Source: Octopus bimaculoides (lineage: Eukaryota). Taken from it: a stretch of 64,000 bases of DNA. The notes under the pieces were generated by a model that was not told the DNA's origin, made no database searches, and saw only the letters and a program-made list of their open reading frames with translations. Position 1 is the first letter of the stretch; each line of letters begins with the position of its first letter. The stretch covers positions 82,483,527-82,547,526 of the forward strand of contig NC_068984.1 in the NCBI RefSeq assembly GCF_001194135.2. Reading direction: 5' to 3'. Positions 48,459-61,432 of this stretch are shown in pieces. The position numbers were made by a program, and so were the translations under genes.

Positions 48459-50070
48459 TTAAACTGTTGAAAACATGAATAGAAGCCTCGTATGAGTAAA
48501 TAATGTCCTTGAGCATTTATGGTAGAATAATAACCGAATAGTTTCAAGCCAGATATCACAAATTTCTTCATTTGTTGCTTGGCCATAATTCACATCAGAG
48601 CTAATTTCATTTACTTGTATCTCATCTTCTTCTTCAATTTTGTCATTATGTGCATCTGGCACATTTACCTCAAGGCCAGACAAAACATCCTGTAAGCGAG
48701 AGTTTAAGAGGCTAGGTTCTACAGTCTGTCCATGAGGAGCAATTCCACAACATTCAAAGGCATGCTTTATAGTTTCTTTATTTAAAGTGGCAACGGCTTG
48801 GGTCACAAAGTTCACTATCACTTGATAAGAAGGTCTTTTGCAATAACCTTTATTTGTAAACTCCTTTTTGTCATTTGAAAACCAATTCTCCCATTCAGTA
48901 CGAAGGGCTTTCTTGAAAGGACCAATAATTGATACATCTAACGGCTGCAAGTAAGATGTTGTTTTAGGAGGTATAAGTTTGAGAATTGTATTCCTACGTT
49001 TGAACACTTCTGTTTTCTTGTGCACTGAGCATTCACACTGAATTTTGAGCATGGAATAGTTGTGCTGTTCTCTGCCCAAACACTTTGTCAGCCCACAGCT
49101 ACATGAGTTCATATGTGATTGATCCCTTGTTGGAGACTGTTAAGTAAATATTCTTTAGGACCTTGATTTTAAGCACGTTTTTTCAATCCTTTAAGGATAA
49201 TCATTGTTTTCAACACCTTTCCTGCAGCATTAACACACAACACAGCAGTAAAACAAGCTTTGGTAGCACCACGGTGGCTAACATCTACATTTGTATTGCC
49301 AACAAAGTCTATGGTTGTTGAACTCAACATGTCAACGTATACAGGTGTTTCATCCATATTATAAATCTGGTCAGCATCCTTATCTGCTGTTAATACTGGA
49401 ATGCTATCTTGATGGTCACTGGCGATTTGTGCCTTTTCTCCGAGTGTTTTATTGTCTGCTTGACCAACATGTGTAATCTTTCTCACAGTCAGTTTATTCC
49501 GTTTCATGAAATTGAAAATCCATTTATCAGAACATCTAAAGCTGTTCATTTCAATTCCGAACCTTTTTACCAATTCAAAAGTATATTCCCGTAAACGGCG
49601 ATAATTTGCAATTATATTGTTTGCACGTTGAACAACAATCCATTGCAAGAGTTCAATCTCTAGATCTCTATGTGCTGGTCTTATACCTCCAACAATTGAT
49701 CTGCGCCTCTTGTCTGACATATTGATTAACTCAGTTACTTTTGTACACCATTCTCTCAATTGTCTTCTATCGATACCAAAGTCTCTTGACGCAGCAGATA
49801 AATTACCAGAATGTTCTTTTACTCGTTTAATAGCACTCAATTTTTCACTAATGGTATATGATTGTTGAACAAATTTTGATATATTTTCTTTCGACTCCAT
49901 TATTGGGAATTAAGATCCTTTGAATTTATCTACAGACGTAGACCAAATGAACTTCTAAATAGAATGCAAACAATAATACTATGTTTCAACTTTTAACCAC
50001 AAATAACCGCCCATCCAAATAAACGTCCGTGGGCGATCTAATGGATGGGCGGATTTTCGGAAAACCCCGG
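48459..50070 (-). mobile_element. pogo/Tigger-family DNA transposon (POGK-like HTH + CENP-B HTH + DDE_1), inactivated, one TIR
   Basis: ORFs 49169..49900 and 48459..49112 carry NMDETP and IPPKTTSYLQPLDV, with a frameshift and stops between them. TA|CCGGGGTTTTCCGAAAAT terminus at 50070 and an 11-bp subterminal inverted pair (50007-50017 / 50042-50052). No second TIR found. Confidence 0.9.
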
Positions 50071-50209
50071 TATTGTGCAGACAGATTAACTTGGTAAACT
50101 TGCACTTTCTTTTACACTGATTTTTAATTTCTCCAAATGAACCATTGATCAGAACTACCAATGCAAAAATAATTAATGATTGTATTATAAAGGAAAAGAA
50201 TACAACTTT

Positions 50210-51345
50210 TTAATGAGAGCCATGTATCTGGTGCGATCCAGCTAGTGCAGATACATTCGGTTTCAACTTGTTGACTTTTAGCCACAAGTCCCTTCGTTGT
50301 ATCACATCCAATTCAATTCTTTTATGGGAAAGTAAAGTTCCAGTATGACTAAAACCAGATTCAACCAGGTACGAGGAAGGGAAGGCAAGCAAAAGTAATT
50401 TCAGATGTTTCCGCAGATTGGAGTAGGAATTCAATATACTTTGATGTTACCACAAACCTTTGCCATTACGGCAATATCACATTGTGGCGTCATTATCATT
50501 TTGTAATTCTATCAGTTCCTCCCGAACGTCGTCCTCACAATCGACTGCATCAACCTCAAATGGAGTGCTATACCAATTTGGAATATTCAGTGCAATAACA
50601 TCTTCAAATCACTCCATCATGTCATCGTGCAATGATTGTAAATAGTTGCGATATGTAGTTAAATCCTCATCAACCAATTCATCTTTCAAAGAGTCAAGTT
50701 GTAGAAATTGATGGAATGTTAGCCTTATACAGCACCAATTTTTAAATGAAAAGGTAGTGGTAAATGATTTACAATCAATGAGAGTTTTTCTGTTTCCTTG
50801 CAATAACATATACGAATCATTTAATTTTGGAAATATATCACAAAGAAAAAAGATATCGCACCTTACAACCATCAATGAAGCGGATAGTGGAGTATCTTCA
50901 TAGAAATATATGATTATATGAAATAGTTCAACAAAGCGTAAAATACAGTTTCCTTTTGACATCCACCACACTTCGGTATGATATAAGAGTTTAGTATAGT
51001 CCTCATCATTTCCCAGACAGAGTTGACGGAAAATTCGATCAGACAAAGGACTGGACTTCAATTTGTTCACAGTCTTGATAACTAACTGTAGCGCATCATT
51101 CAATCTACCATTCATATTGTTTGCCATTAAATGCTGCTGGTATGCCAAGCAATGAACAGTTAGTATCTGGTGGGAAATTTCACACTTTAGGAGAGATGAA
51201 AAACCTCTGTATCTTCCTATTATTGAAGGGGCCCCATCAGATGCACAGGCAAGAATATTACTGAGTGGGATATTATGTTCAAAAAGGATAGACTTGAGAG
51301 TGTGAAAAATAGTTGCGCCTTTTGAATCAATGTATTTGATATCTA
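50210..51345 (-). mobile_element. hAT (Buster/Charlie-like) transposase fragment, degenerate
   Basis: ILACASDGAPS (catalytic D), TVHCLAYQQHL (CxxH position altered), LLYHTEVWWMSKG, and the dimerisation tail LLLAFPSSYLVESGFS...HQIHGSH. Confidence 0.88.
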
Positions 51346-53119
51346 GTAACTTAATTGATTTCTGGTGCAGCTGTACTGTACGAAAGCTGCTTATTAATTA
51401 GTTTTGAATATGTAATTTTTACTAAAAGAAAGCAATTAGTAAAGTCTATGCTGTCTACAAAGTTCTTACAAATTCTAATTTTCAAAATATTCTTTTTTTA
51501 TCAAATGTTTTTCAAATTTCTTCTGTTATTGAAGATTTCAACTGCAGAAAATTAATGTAAGTTCACCTTGAGATAGAGTTTCCTCCTTGTCTTCTCTGCC
51601 TGCAGAAAGTATGCAGCACATCTGTGTGTAGTAGTTGTGGTGAGTAAATCTTAGCCAATCAATCAGTTAGCTTTCTTTTGGATGTAATCTAAAACCCTTG
51701 TATGTGTGTTTGTGTGTGTGTGTGAGTGAGAGTAAGAGAGAGAGAGAGAGAAAGAGCAGTACCATCTCAGATATGTAAGCAGTACTCTTCTGATACAGAT
51801 CTGAACTTTGCTTAAGATCGAATTTTATTGCTCTAAAGAGAAAAGCTATTGTTGTGTTACAATGTGAAGATGCTTTGCTTCCTCTGACCTGGACATGTGA
51901 ACAGCCAAGGTCCATTAGGCCTTGCCTAGGCCCACCAGATCAACTAGCCTCTCTCCTTCTCCTCATTCTTATCAGGTCATATTCCTCTTCACTGAAAATT
52001 TTGCACTAAGCATTTCACTAAATCACTCTTCTCCTGAGCACCCTCCTTGCTTATATTTTCTCTAAACTTCCAAAGTTAAAAAGAGTCTCCATGCATTTAT
52101 TCAACCTGCTAGAAATAGCAACCAAATCTCCCTTAACTCTCACTCTGTCAAAGGTTACATCTGGCAATATGTAATGAAGTCTTATATACAGTATACCTAG
52201 CTAAAAGAAGGATGGTTATAGTTGGAACACCAACTGTAACCATCTTTCTGATTACAGGACTAATTGATCAAGGCTCACCTGGAGCTAAACATCAACAACA
52301 AGCCAACAAGGAACCTCTTTTGTTGCCTGACCTGCTAGAAAAAACAGTCAAATTTCCCCCAAATCACACTGAATCTTCAAAGAGGAAGAATACATTAAAT
52401 AGTGTAACTCCATAAGACAATTTTTTTTGCAGCTCAAATGGCCAACAAGGCTGTTGTTCACAGATGCATGGAGTAGATAAAAAAAAATAAGGATACATTA
52501 TTCCTATAAAAAAAGATTGGATAGTCACAGCTGGAATGATTTTGATCACATATTTGCTAACTCAGAGTTACTCTGGGTCTAAATAACAACAGTTACTTCA
52601 CAGTCTAAGAAAGCCTGAAATGGTTATGGTCCAGGTTCTTCTTCCTTAGACCAAAGAATAAAATAAAAATAACCAGGAAACCAACCAATGAAAATCATTT
52701 TTGGTTAAGGATTGATGTGCCTATAGATTAGCTGTAATAGTAGTAGCAGCAATAATAACAACTCTTTTACGTCATTCATTATCTCCAATTACATAAGTAA
52801 TATCCAACAGCTTTACAGTAGCAATAGTTGCTTTGTACCTGCAGCAGTTTTCCTCCAAGTAAAAGCTATCATCATTATAGTAAGATTGCTCAGATAGACC
52901 TAAACTTAAAATAGGCTATTTGTTAGGTTGGCTACAGTGGCTTAAAAATGTATACATACAAACACACATACGCACAGACACAGACACACACACACATATG
53001 CAGCATGGTTGTGTATTAAGCAGTTTGCTTTCCAACCACATGCTTCTTGGTTCCCATTCTAACGAAAGCCTTGTGAGTGGATTTGGTAGATGGAAACTGA
53101 AAGTAGCCTGTTGAGTGTG

Positions 53120-53124
<5 letters not shown>

Positions 53125-53153
<29 letters not shown>

Positions 53154-53390
53154 TATGGATATCTCTGTGTGTACCCATATATGCATGTATCTCTGTCCTG
53201 TACCCATATATGCATGTATATATACATATATATGTAGGTATGTACATATATGTATTAATATATGCATATATTTATATATTATTTATATTATTATGATATA
53301 TATATCCATATATATATATATATATATATCATCATCATCATATATATATATATATATATATATCATCATAAATCATCATCATCATCGTTT
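53125..53390. repeat. Compound (AT)n/(ATC)n low-complexity tract
   Basis: Direct inspection. It explains six overlapping Y/I-rich ORFs. Confidence 0.9.
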
Positions 53391-54271
53391 AATTCTACAT
53401 ATTCAAGAATATAAACACATTTTTAAGCACAACACACACGGAGTCAAAAAGAAACACTACCTTTCACTAGAACACCAGGGTCAGCACTGTTGTTCATGCA
53501 GTGCTCTCTCTCCCTAGCATGAAGCTTCCTATCTCAGACATGTGAGCATGTGCACAACAGCCAAACACTGTGTCACTGGAATTATGAAGTGCACAGTTCT
53601 ATACAAGGATTTTTGTATTTTTTTCATGAACTAGGGGATGGCTACCAACATTAAGCTTAAAGGTTATGTAATGTACAAGTATAAAGAAAGAATTAAAGAA
53701 AAAAGGACTCATTATATTGAATGTTATCGATAATATTGAATGGAAATAGGGGATGCTGCAGTTCCACAGTACCTATACATGAGCCGCTACTATCTCTGGC
53801 TTAACAGTTTTAGTCAAACTGCCTAACCCATGCCAGCATGGAAAACAAATGTTAAATGATGATGATCACACACATGCATGCAAAAAACAAGATATCACTT
53901 TCAGAAAAGTGTGACAACAATACAATGTTAATATCACTTACACAACATAAATTACAGTGAGTGACTAATGACACTTAGCAAGCTAAAGAAGAAAGAACAG
54001 CTGAGAAATATCAGGATAGATAACTATTTTGACATTATGTGTCTCATTCAAGTGTGAGCATGCACACATGCACATACATATAGACACTATACTAACAGAT
54101 GGAAAGTTTTGATATAAAATTATTAATGCTATTAATTTGACAACCCCATCTCTCCAGAAGTTGTCCAACGTAGTTAAAATCAGCTGACCTATCTCTAAAC
54201 ATGTCTGACATAATTTAGATTTTTTAAGAATTTAGAGTTTTATGAATAAAATTGTTTCTGTAGATTTTTAA

Positions 54272-54502
54272 CCTTTTGCCTGTCCTGTATATCACATGTG
54301 ATACACAGGAAATACTTTCCTGATGTCTCTGCACCATATATGATACATATTCACAATTTATTGATCATCAGAGTAACTGAGGACTTATGAAAGGAGATCT
54401 TTATATTACCTAGAACATATGAAATAAAGGTTAACTAAAAGTCTGAAAACAAGCATGGACATTTAAGACAAACTTATGAAAATGCTTTGGACAGGCAAAG
54501 GG
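54272..54502. mobile_element. piggyBac-type MITE, 231 bp
   Basis: TTAA|ccttttgcctgtcc ... ggacaggcaaaggg|TTAA: 14-bp TIR (one mismatch) with TTAA duplication. Confidence 0.8.
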
Positions 54503-56094
54503 TTAACAGGAGGAAATTGGGAATTTGAGATATCCATGGATTTGCTAAGTGTATTGGTTATTTAAGAGATACAAATTGGTTTTAACTTGGAAGGAAGAAC
54601 AATGTTATAAGAAATTTACACAGATTTCTGATTTAGAAATCAATAATATAGATTTTTAATATAGGCACAAGGCCCTAAATTTTAAAGAGAGGATATAGGC
54701 AATTCAGTTCATTCAAATACTTGATTGTTACTTATTTAACTAACTCTAGAAGGATGAAACAAAGTTGATCTCAGCAGAAATTAAAAGGACATTTTTTTAA
54801 TATATATTTTAATCAGAAGAAAAGGCAGTGTCCATGACCCTTTGCAGGGCCTCCAAAACTGATGGGAATGGAGAGGAAGGTATTCTCAAATTGAAGAACT
54901 GGCACAAATGCTGACTATGGTTTTAGAAAATGGTATTAAACTGGGTGATAGAATAAGTCTACATGAAAAAGTAACTAGAAAATGGCTAGAAATTAACTAA
55001 TGTTAGCAATGCCTTTGACTGGAATGGTAAGATTGATGCAGATAATGCGCAAGTCAACCATCTGCAGAAAAAAAAAAGAGGGGCTTGAAAGGGAGCTATG
55101 ATGATTGCATTATTCTGAATGCTTGCTACAGAATGAAGCCTGCTAAACGCATGCAATGATTGCATTATGGTGTTAAAGTAGATGATGTTTAAACACCTGT
55201 CATTCAAAGTTAAGCCTAACCAAATTTAGTAATGCACAATTTCACAAGGGAACTTCTATTTATTTGTTTAATATGTATAAAGTGGCACCCCCCAAAATTT
55301 CTTATCAAGCTCCTTACTGTCTTTAAAGTAGGAGAGTACATTTGAAATTCTAAATGTTATAACCTATAAGCTCTTAATAAACATAGGATAGCTATTAGAA
55401 AACATCATATGAATGTATCTGTTTTCTTTTTGGATAGTTACCTTCAAACATTTGAAATCCAGAAGAGGTGATAAGGGCTACCCTACAACAAAGAATGAGG
55501 GGGCAGCTCTACTGTCTAGAAAGAACACTCAAATTTCTTTCAAATCACACCATATCGTCTTCAAAAACAGGATGTACTGGAGAATGCAGTCCTAGATATA
55601 TAAGATGATATAAAAGATATATAAGATAGTTGGTCATATCTGGAATGCTTCCGATCATTGATCTGCTTGATCAAGGAACACCTGTTATTAAACAACAAAA
55701 GCAGCAGCACTAATTTTCAACCCTTAGCAGAGTTAAAATGTCCAGGTAGTTAATATATTTAGACTTTCACTGTATGGATCCAGAGTTCATAGGTTTCTAT
55801 GTTAGTGTTAACCATTGTAGGTTAAAAATCATGCTGGAGCCCTGCTTGACACACTGCATCTTGTGCTTAGTTAATATCTAGTTTTTTTATGTTTATGTGT
55901 GTAGTTAGAAAATCAGTGTGTTGCTGGAAATTGCTCAAAGTGATAATGACCTGAAATTGTTGGTCTGGCACAAGACAAAACCCTATCCAGATGATGCTTA
56001 AAATCCTTAATACAGGCCATAATCAGGTTTCTAACTTCTTTAGGTAAAGAATTAAAGCCCTAGGATTCCCTAAAGAGAAGACTGTTTTGATATA

Positions 56095-56331
56095 CAGTAA
56101 TCCCTCGACTATCACGGGTGTTATGTTCCAGAACCCCCAGCGATAGGTGAAAATCCATGAAGTAGAAACAGTGTTGTACTGAATATTTTTTAAAACTATT
56201 TTTATAATTTGTATATATTTATTTTACTATAAATGCAAAACAACACTACAGAGGAATTGACGTAAGCTTAAATAATAAACCGCAATAGGTGGACTGCGAA
56301 AAGCAAAATGCGATATGGCGAGGGATTACTG
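56095..56331. mobile_element. Tigger-type MITE, 237 bp
   Basis: TA|cagtaatccctcg ... cgagggattactg|TA: perfect 13-bp TIR with TA duplication. Confidence 0.88.
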
Positions 56332-57356
56332 TAATGCTTTTGTTGTTGTTCAATCCTAAGTCAACTTTAATTAAGCAGACTTACCATTTTTCAAGATGGT
56401 ACAATTCAATTTTAGTGAGATTTGGCTGCTATTTCAGGCAGCTTGAGTGACCATGTAAAAGCTCTCTCATTTGCTTTTCAGCTAAGAGATTGCTTCCTTG
56501 TATTAATCCAGTTTTTGTTGTTCACATTTGGTAAACTACAAACCACACCATTTTTAGGAATGTCATGAAAGCAAATAAAGTACTATCAAATGTTATGACT
56601 TATAAAATAATATAATTTTATTGCAGAATTAGCAAATTATTTGATGTTATGGTACACCAAATTGTAGCTGCTTTATGCATATCTTGACCAACAGGTAGTT
56701 GTATAGTGCACTTTACCTCACTCTGACGTTTATATCATTCCTCTGCCATCATCATCAATTTAGCATTTACTTTTCCATGCTTGCATGGGTCTTGTAATTT
56801 TTTTGGTGGTTGTTACTTAAGATGAAAGGGTGAGATTTCACTGAGATTATTAGCTGGTTGAATAAATATCGAAGGTACCATCATGATGCAAAACAGTCAC
56901 ATTAGAAATGTTGTCAATGCTGCTAACTGCCATGCATGCACATAGATCCATTTGGCCAAAAAAAAAAAAAAAACTAAGTGGACGAATGTTAAATGCTACA
57001 CCTGAAAGAAAGTTTCTTGAAAGAATTTGAGTGGAGATGGTCAAGGCCTTGGTGAATCATTTAGGCAAGGGAAAACTAAACTAGTTTTGAGCTCCAAGGT
57101 GGAGCCTTTTCTCAAAATGTCAAAATGTAAAAAAGTGTTGTTGAATTTTTTTTATTTTTTTTTAGAGGGGCTGGCAGACAGTCTTGGGCACACAACTGAT
57201 GTACTGGCTAAACATCCCTTGTATAGGCTCTTGAGATCTGGTGATAGCATAGTAAAATGACACATATGAGCATTGTGGTGGTTGAGTATTTTAAAAGATA
57301 TTGATTACAGTTCGTGAACAATTTGCTGTTCTACAGGACAAAATTATACTTAAGAT

Positions 57357-58413
57357 TTGGGCATAACTACAGATGTATATCTCACCAACCTTGTTGCCTC
57401 ATAACTTCCAGAGAAATGGATACTTTTTAACGTCATTTTCAACAAAGACCACTTAGATGCTGTAGATTCAGAGTATATAGGGATTTATGGGAAAGAATTT
57501 TTCTGAGGGGTGGGGAAAGGAGTTTCGGAAAATTCTCACGATCCAACTTTTCTCCCACATAACCTTCAGGAAAATGGTTATCTTTTCATGAAATTTTATA
57601 CAAAAATACCTTTCAAAGAAATTTGTGGAGAAAATTTTTTCCAAGGGAGTGGGGAGAGGAGTTTCGGATTAGGAAGACCAATTAAGTTGGAACTACTACA
57701 TTTTTTTTTATTTCACCACAGCCTTCGAAATTGTTGATATTTTCAGAGGAAAAAGTGTGTGATTTAATGGAGATTTGGCAGTTGTTTCTAGCACATCTCA
57801 GACAACCCTCCTCGCTTTATATGCTTTAAAAAAAAAAAAAATTGTAGAACCTGAGAAGGTCATTGCTGGCATTTATCCACAGTGATAAGTTGGCCAAAAT
57901 CAATCCGGGTGGTATGATGAGAGGGTGGGGGAATTGTAAAAACAAAAAAAAAAAAATTCAAAACTTTTTTTTCATAAAAAGATATTCCCTCACCTATCAT
58001 TTCGAATGGTGTGGTTAAATAAAAAATGGGGGAAAAATTATTATTTAAACGGAGTAGTTCCAACCTATTTGGTCTTCTTGATCCGAAACTCCTCTCCCCA
58101 TTCCCTCGGAAAAAAAATTCCCCACAAATTTCTTTATAATCGTAATCTATACCGTTTGAAAGGTATTTTGTATGAAATTTCACTAACAGATAACCATTTT
58201 CCCTGAAAGTTATGAAGGGAAAAAAATCGGATCGTGTGAATTTTCTTCTCCTCACCCCCTCGGAAAAATTCTTTCCCCATAAATCTCTATATTCGCTGAA
58301 TCTACAGCATCTAAGCGGTATTTGTTGTAAATGTCGTTAAAAACGTATCCATTTTTCTGGACGTTATGAGGCAAAAAAGTTGTGGGGGAGGGACTACACA
58401 TCTAGTTATGCTA
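57357..58413. mobile_element. Large foldback element, or an inverted pair of one repeat (arms ~57357-57733 and ~57998-58413)
   Basis: Colinear reverse-complement blocks such as cttagatgctgtagattcag / ctgaatctacagcatctaag and ggggagaggagtttcggat / atccgaaactcctctcccc. Confidence 0.8.
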
Positions 58414-58611
58414 AGATTTGTCGTAAATACCTTGGTCAAGCACTGACGAATAATTTCTTTCATTTGTTTAGAATTATCATTGATATGACAAAATACCGTT
58501 CAAATTTGTCTTCCCTCGATGACGTTTACAAAAATGTTAAAACAATCTAATACAACCCCCCCCACACACACACACCGTCAACTAAACCATAAAATGTCAT
58601 GACATGGTCGT

Positions 58612-58927
58612 TTGTTGTTGTTGGCACTCCGTCGCGGGTTCCAGTTGATCCAATCAACGGAACAGCCTGCTCGTGAAATTAACGTGCAAGTGGCTCAGCA
58701 CTCCACAGACACGTGTACCCTTAACGTAGTTCTCGGGGATGTTCAGCGTGACAAGGCTGGCCCCTTCGAAATACAGGTACAGCAGAAATAGGAAGAAAGA
58801 ATGAGAGAAATGTGTGGTGAAAGAGTTGTCGCTCAATAAACACTCACAACGCCCGGTCTGGAAATCGAAACCGTGATCCTATGACCGCGAGTCCGCTGCC
58901 CTAACCACTGGGCCATTGCGCCTCCAC
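58612..58927 (-). mobile_element. Full-length tRNA-derived SINE with (AAC)n tail
   Basis: Head gtggaggcgcaatggcccagtggttagggcagcggactcgcggtcataggatcacggtttcgatttcc (A and B boxes). atggtcgt is repeated at both flanks as a probable TSD. Confidence 0.85.
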
Positions 58928-61356
58928 GAAATGGTCGTAGTACAGCGTCAATTAAAAGAGAGAGAGAAAATATCTTCCTCTTACACTAAAGCTTGAAAAA
59001 GTGAAACTGGTACGTTAAACTCGAATAACGTCTAGTCCTAGAAACACAGGCGTGAAAAAATGGCATAAAAAAAAACATTATGGGTCCAGAAGAATGTTCT
59101 CGATCAGAACTGAGCCGGCTCACAAAGCAAAACACGTCTTTTAACAGTGTCAAGCGGTTATTCTTTATACATTTTCTTGTAATTAAAGGCTAAAATTTTG
59201 TTAGGCCGTATTATAAACAACAGGAAGTTAGCCCCTTTCACTTTTCCTCTTCCTCCCCTTCATCCCACTTCAACGGTCTCAAAAAATGGGTCGGTGGTGA
59301 TTAATTTCTGTAGATCATTATGAAAATGCACTTTAATTATAGTAATTAACAGTAAAATATTTTTGCATAAAACAAAACTATTAGAAATAAAAATCTATAA
59401 TCGAAACAATGCTAATATTTTAGTAAACAATTGATGGCAATTAATAATAAACAAAAAGCTGATAGCTAACGCCAGTGAATAATAGATTTTAGAATAAGGT
59501 TAAATATATGTCAATTTCTATCAGTCCTTAGCTTTGCGCAGAGGCGGTACCATGGCCAATGAGGTAAATCCGAGGCGTGGTTATTGCTAGTTGAAAACTA
59601 TTCCCAATACCCCGCGTATAGCATCCTTCGAGGTGCTGTGCGCAATTTTTGCGCACCTCTAAGGAGGTGTAGAAGTCAATATAATAACAGATTGTATTTT
59701 AGCTAGGAAGTCTCAGAGATGACAATTCAGGTAAATCTGTAACGAAGTTGTCGTTTGTTTTAGAATTTGTTTACTTGTGTCCCTACTAATTTACGCATGG
59801 CCGGTTATGCAGTATAACAGAATTGGCTGTTATATCTAGCACATCGAATAACCATACTAAAGGCCTCTCGATTGTAAAAAGTGGAGTGTCATTATTTATT
59901 ACAATCCGGTGGATCAGTACAATACAGATAAATGCATTTCATTAGCTGGTAACACAACCGCATTTTAATTTCGACTTCCAGATTATTGGAATACTGATTA
60001 ATTTGCGTAGATGAAAAGGGTTATACGTCATCTGAAGTGATTTCTGGAACTATGCCAACGTATGCAATCATCATTACTATTATGGATGTTGTGAAGCGAA
60101 GTGATGGTTCCGAACAGAAGTACACCGGTGCATACGTCCGCAGGAGAAATGCTTTTTAATCTTCATCGGGATTTGAATACGGCGTAAGGCTAAATAACGT
60201 AAGGCATATTGTTCGAAGCCTTATCAGTTCCATCATTCACTGCTGGCTTTCTGGACGTGGGTATACTTTACTATAGCGACTGGAAAACAAACGTTTTAAA
60301 ATGGAAAATAAATCACCTGATTCATTTGCGTCTGTGCGAAAACATGTCTTTTATCAAATGTTCGTCATTTATTAAAAGTGTTTCAACCATGACTAGGAAT
60401 TCAAATGTAACCATCTAGTCTTTTGTAAGAGTCTTTCAACAGTGACCTTTCCATCTTTTTTTTTTTATTTTTAAGCCAAATAGGACTAATATTAACGACG
60501 AAATATATGTATTGAAGATAAATGAAGCTGTTATTTCTAGCATGTTGAACAGCAAGAGTACATAAACATTAACACACATAAGTTTACCATTTGAAATTGT
60601 TTTTAGCTCCAGGTCGGTTCTGATCCAGCAACCTCATGATCCAAATACACGACTACACTATCCAATGCGGGAGATTTTGACTATTTTCTGAATTATCACA
60701 ATTGGAACGTAAAAAACATAAATGTAAAAATGTGGAACTCGCTTTACTAAATAATTTATTACTATTAAAGAACATATTCATGCGAAGAAAATGTTTCGGA
60801 AAATGAATATATTATTTAATATTATTAACGATAAATCATTCTTTAAAACAGTTAAATAATGAAATAGATTACCCTTCTTTCCAGGTACGTAGAAGTAACT
60901 GAAAACGAAAAGAAAGTGTGACGCCGAGATTGTATAAAATTAGGCATGGGTATCCCAAAGTGAGCGAAACGAATTTGTAAATACTTGGAAGTAGTTTTAT
61001 TAAGCGTCAGTTTAATAAATTTATATCTCCCTATCTGTCTGACTGTCTGTTTATCTATCTGTCTATTTATCTATCTATAAGCCTATCTACCTACCTATAT
61101 TCTATTTATCCATCTCCATTGTCATGGAACCTCACCCCAAAAAACAAAAACAATGTTCTCTTCTAAACACTCCTCCCCCCCAAAAAAACATCTGTTTTAT
61201 ATAAATGAACAAGCTGTTAGTACATTCACAACATCTTATTTGATAAGTTCGAGAAAAGAACGAAAGCGCTAATAATAATGAAGAAATAAAAAGATTTTTT
61301 TCTAAAATTCTAACGACCTTTCTTCTCAATATTCAATTTTTGTACATCACACCTAC

Positions 61357-61368
61357 CACACACACACA

Positions 61369-61430
<62 letters not shown>
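61357..61430. repeat. Compound microsatellite (CA)n(CT)n(AT)n
   Basis: Direct inspection. Confidence 0.9.
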
Positions 61431-61432
<2 letters not shown>

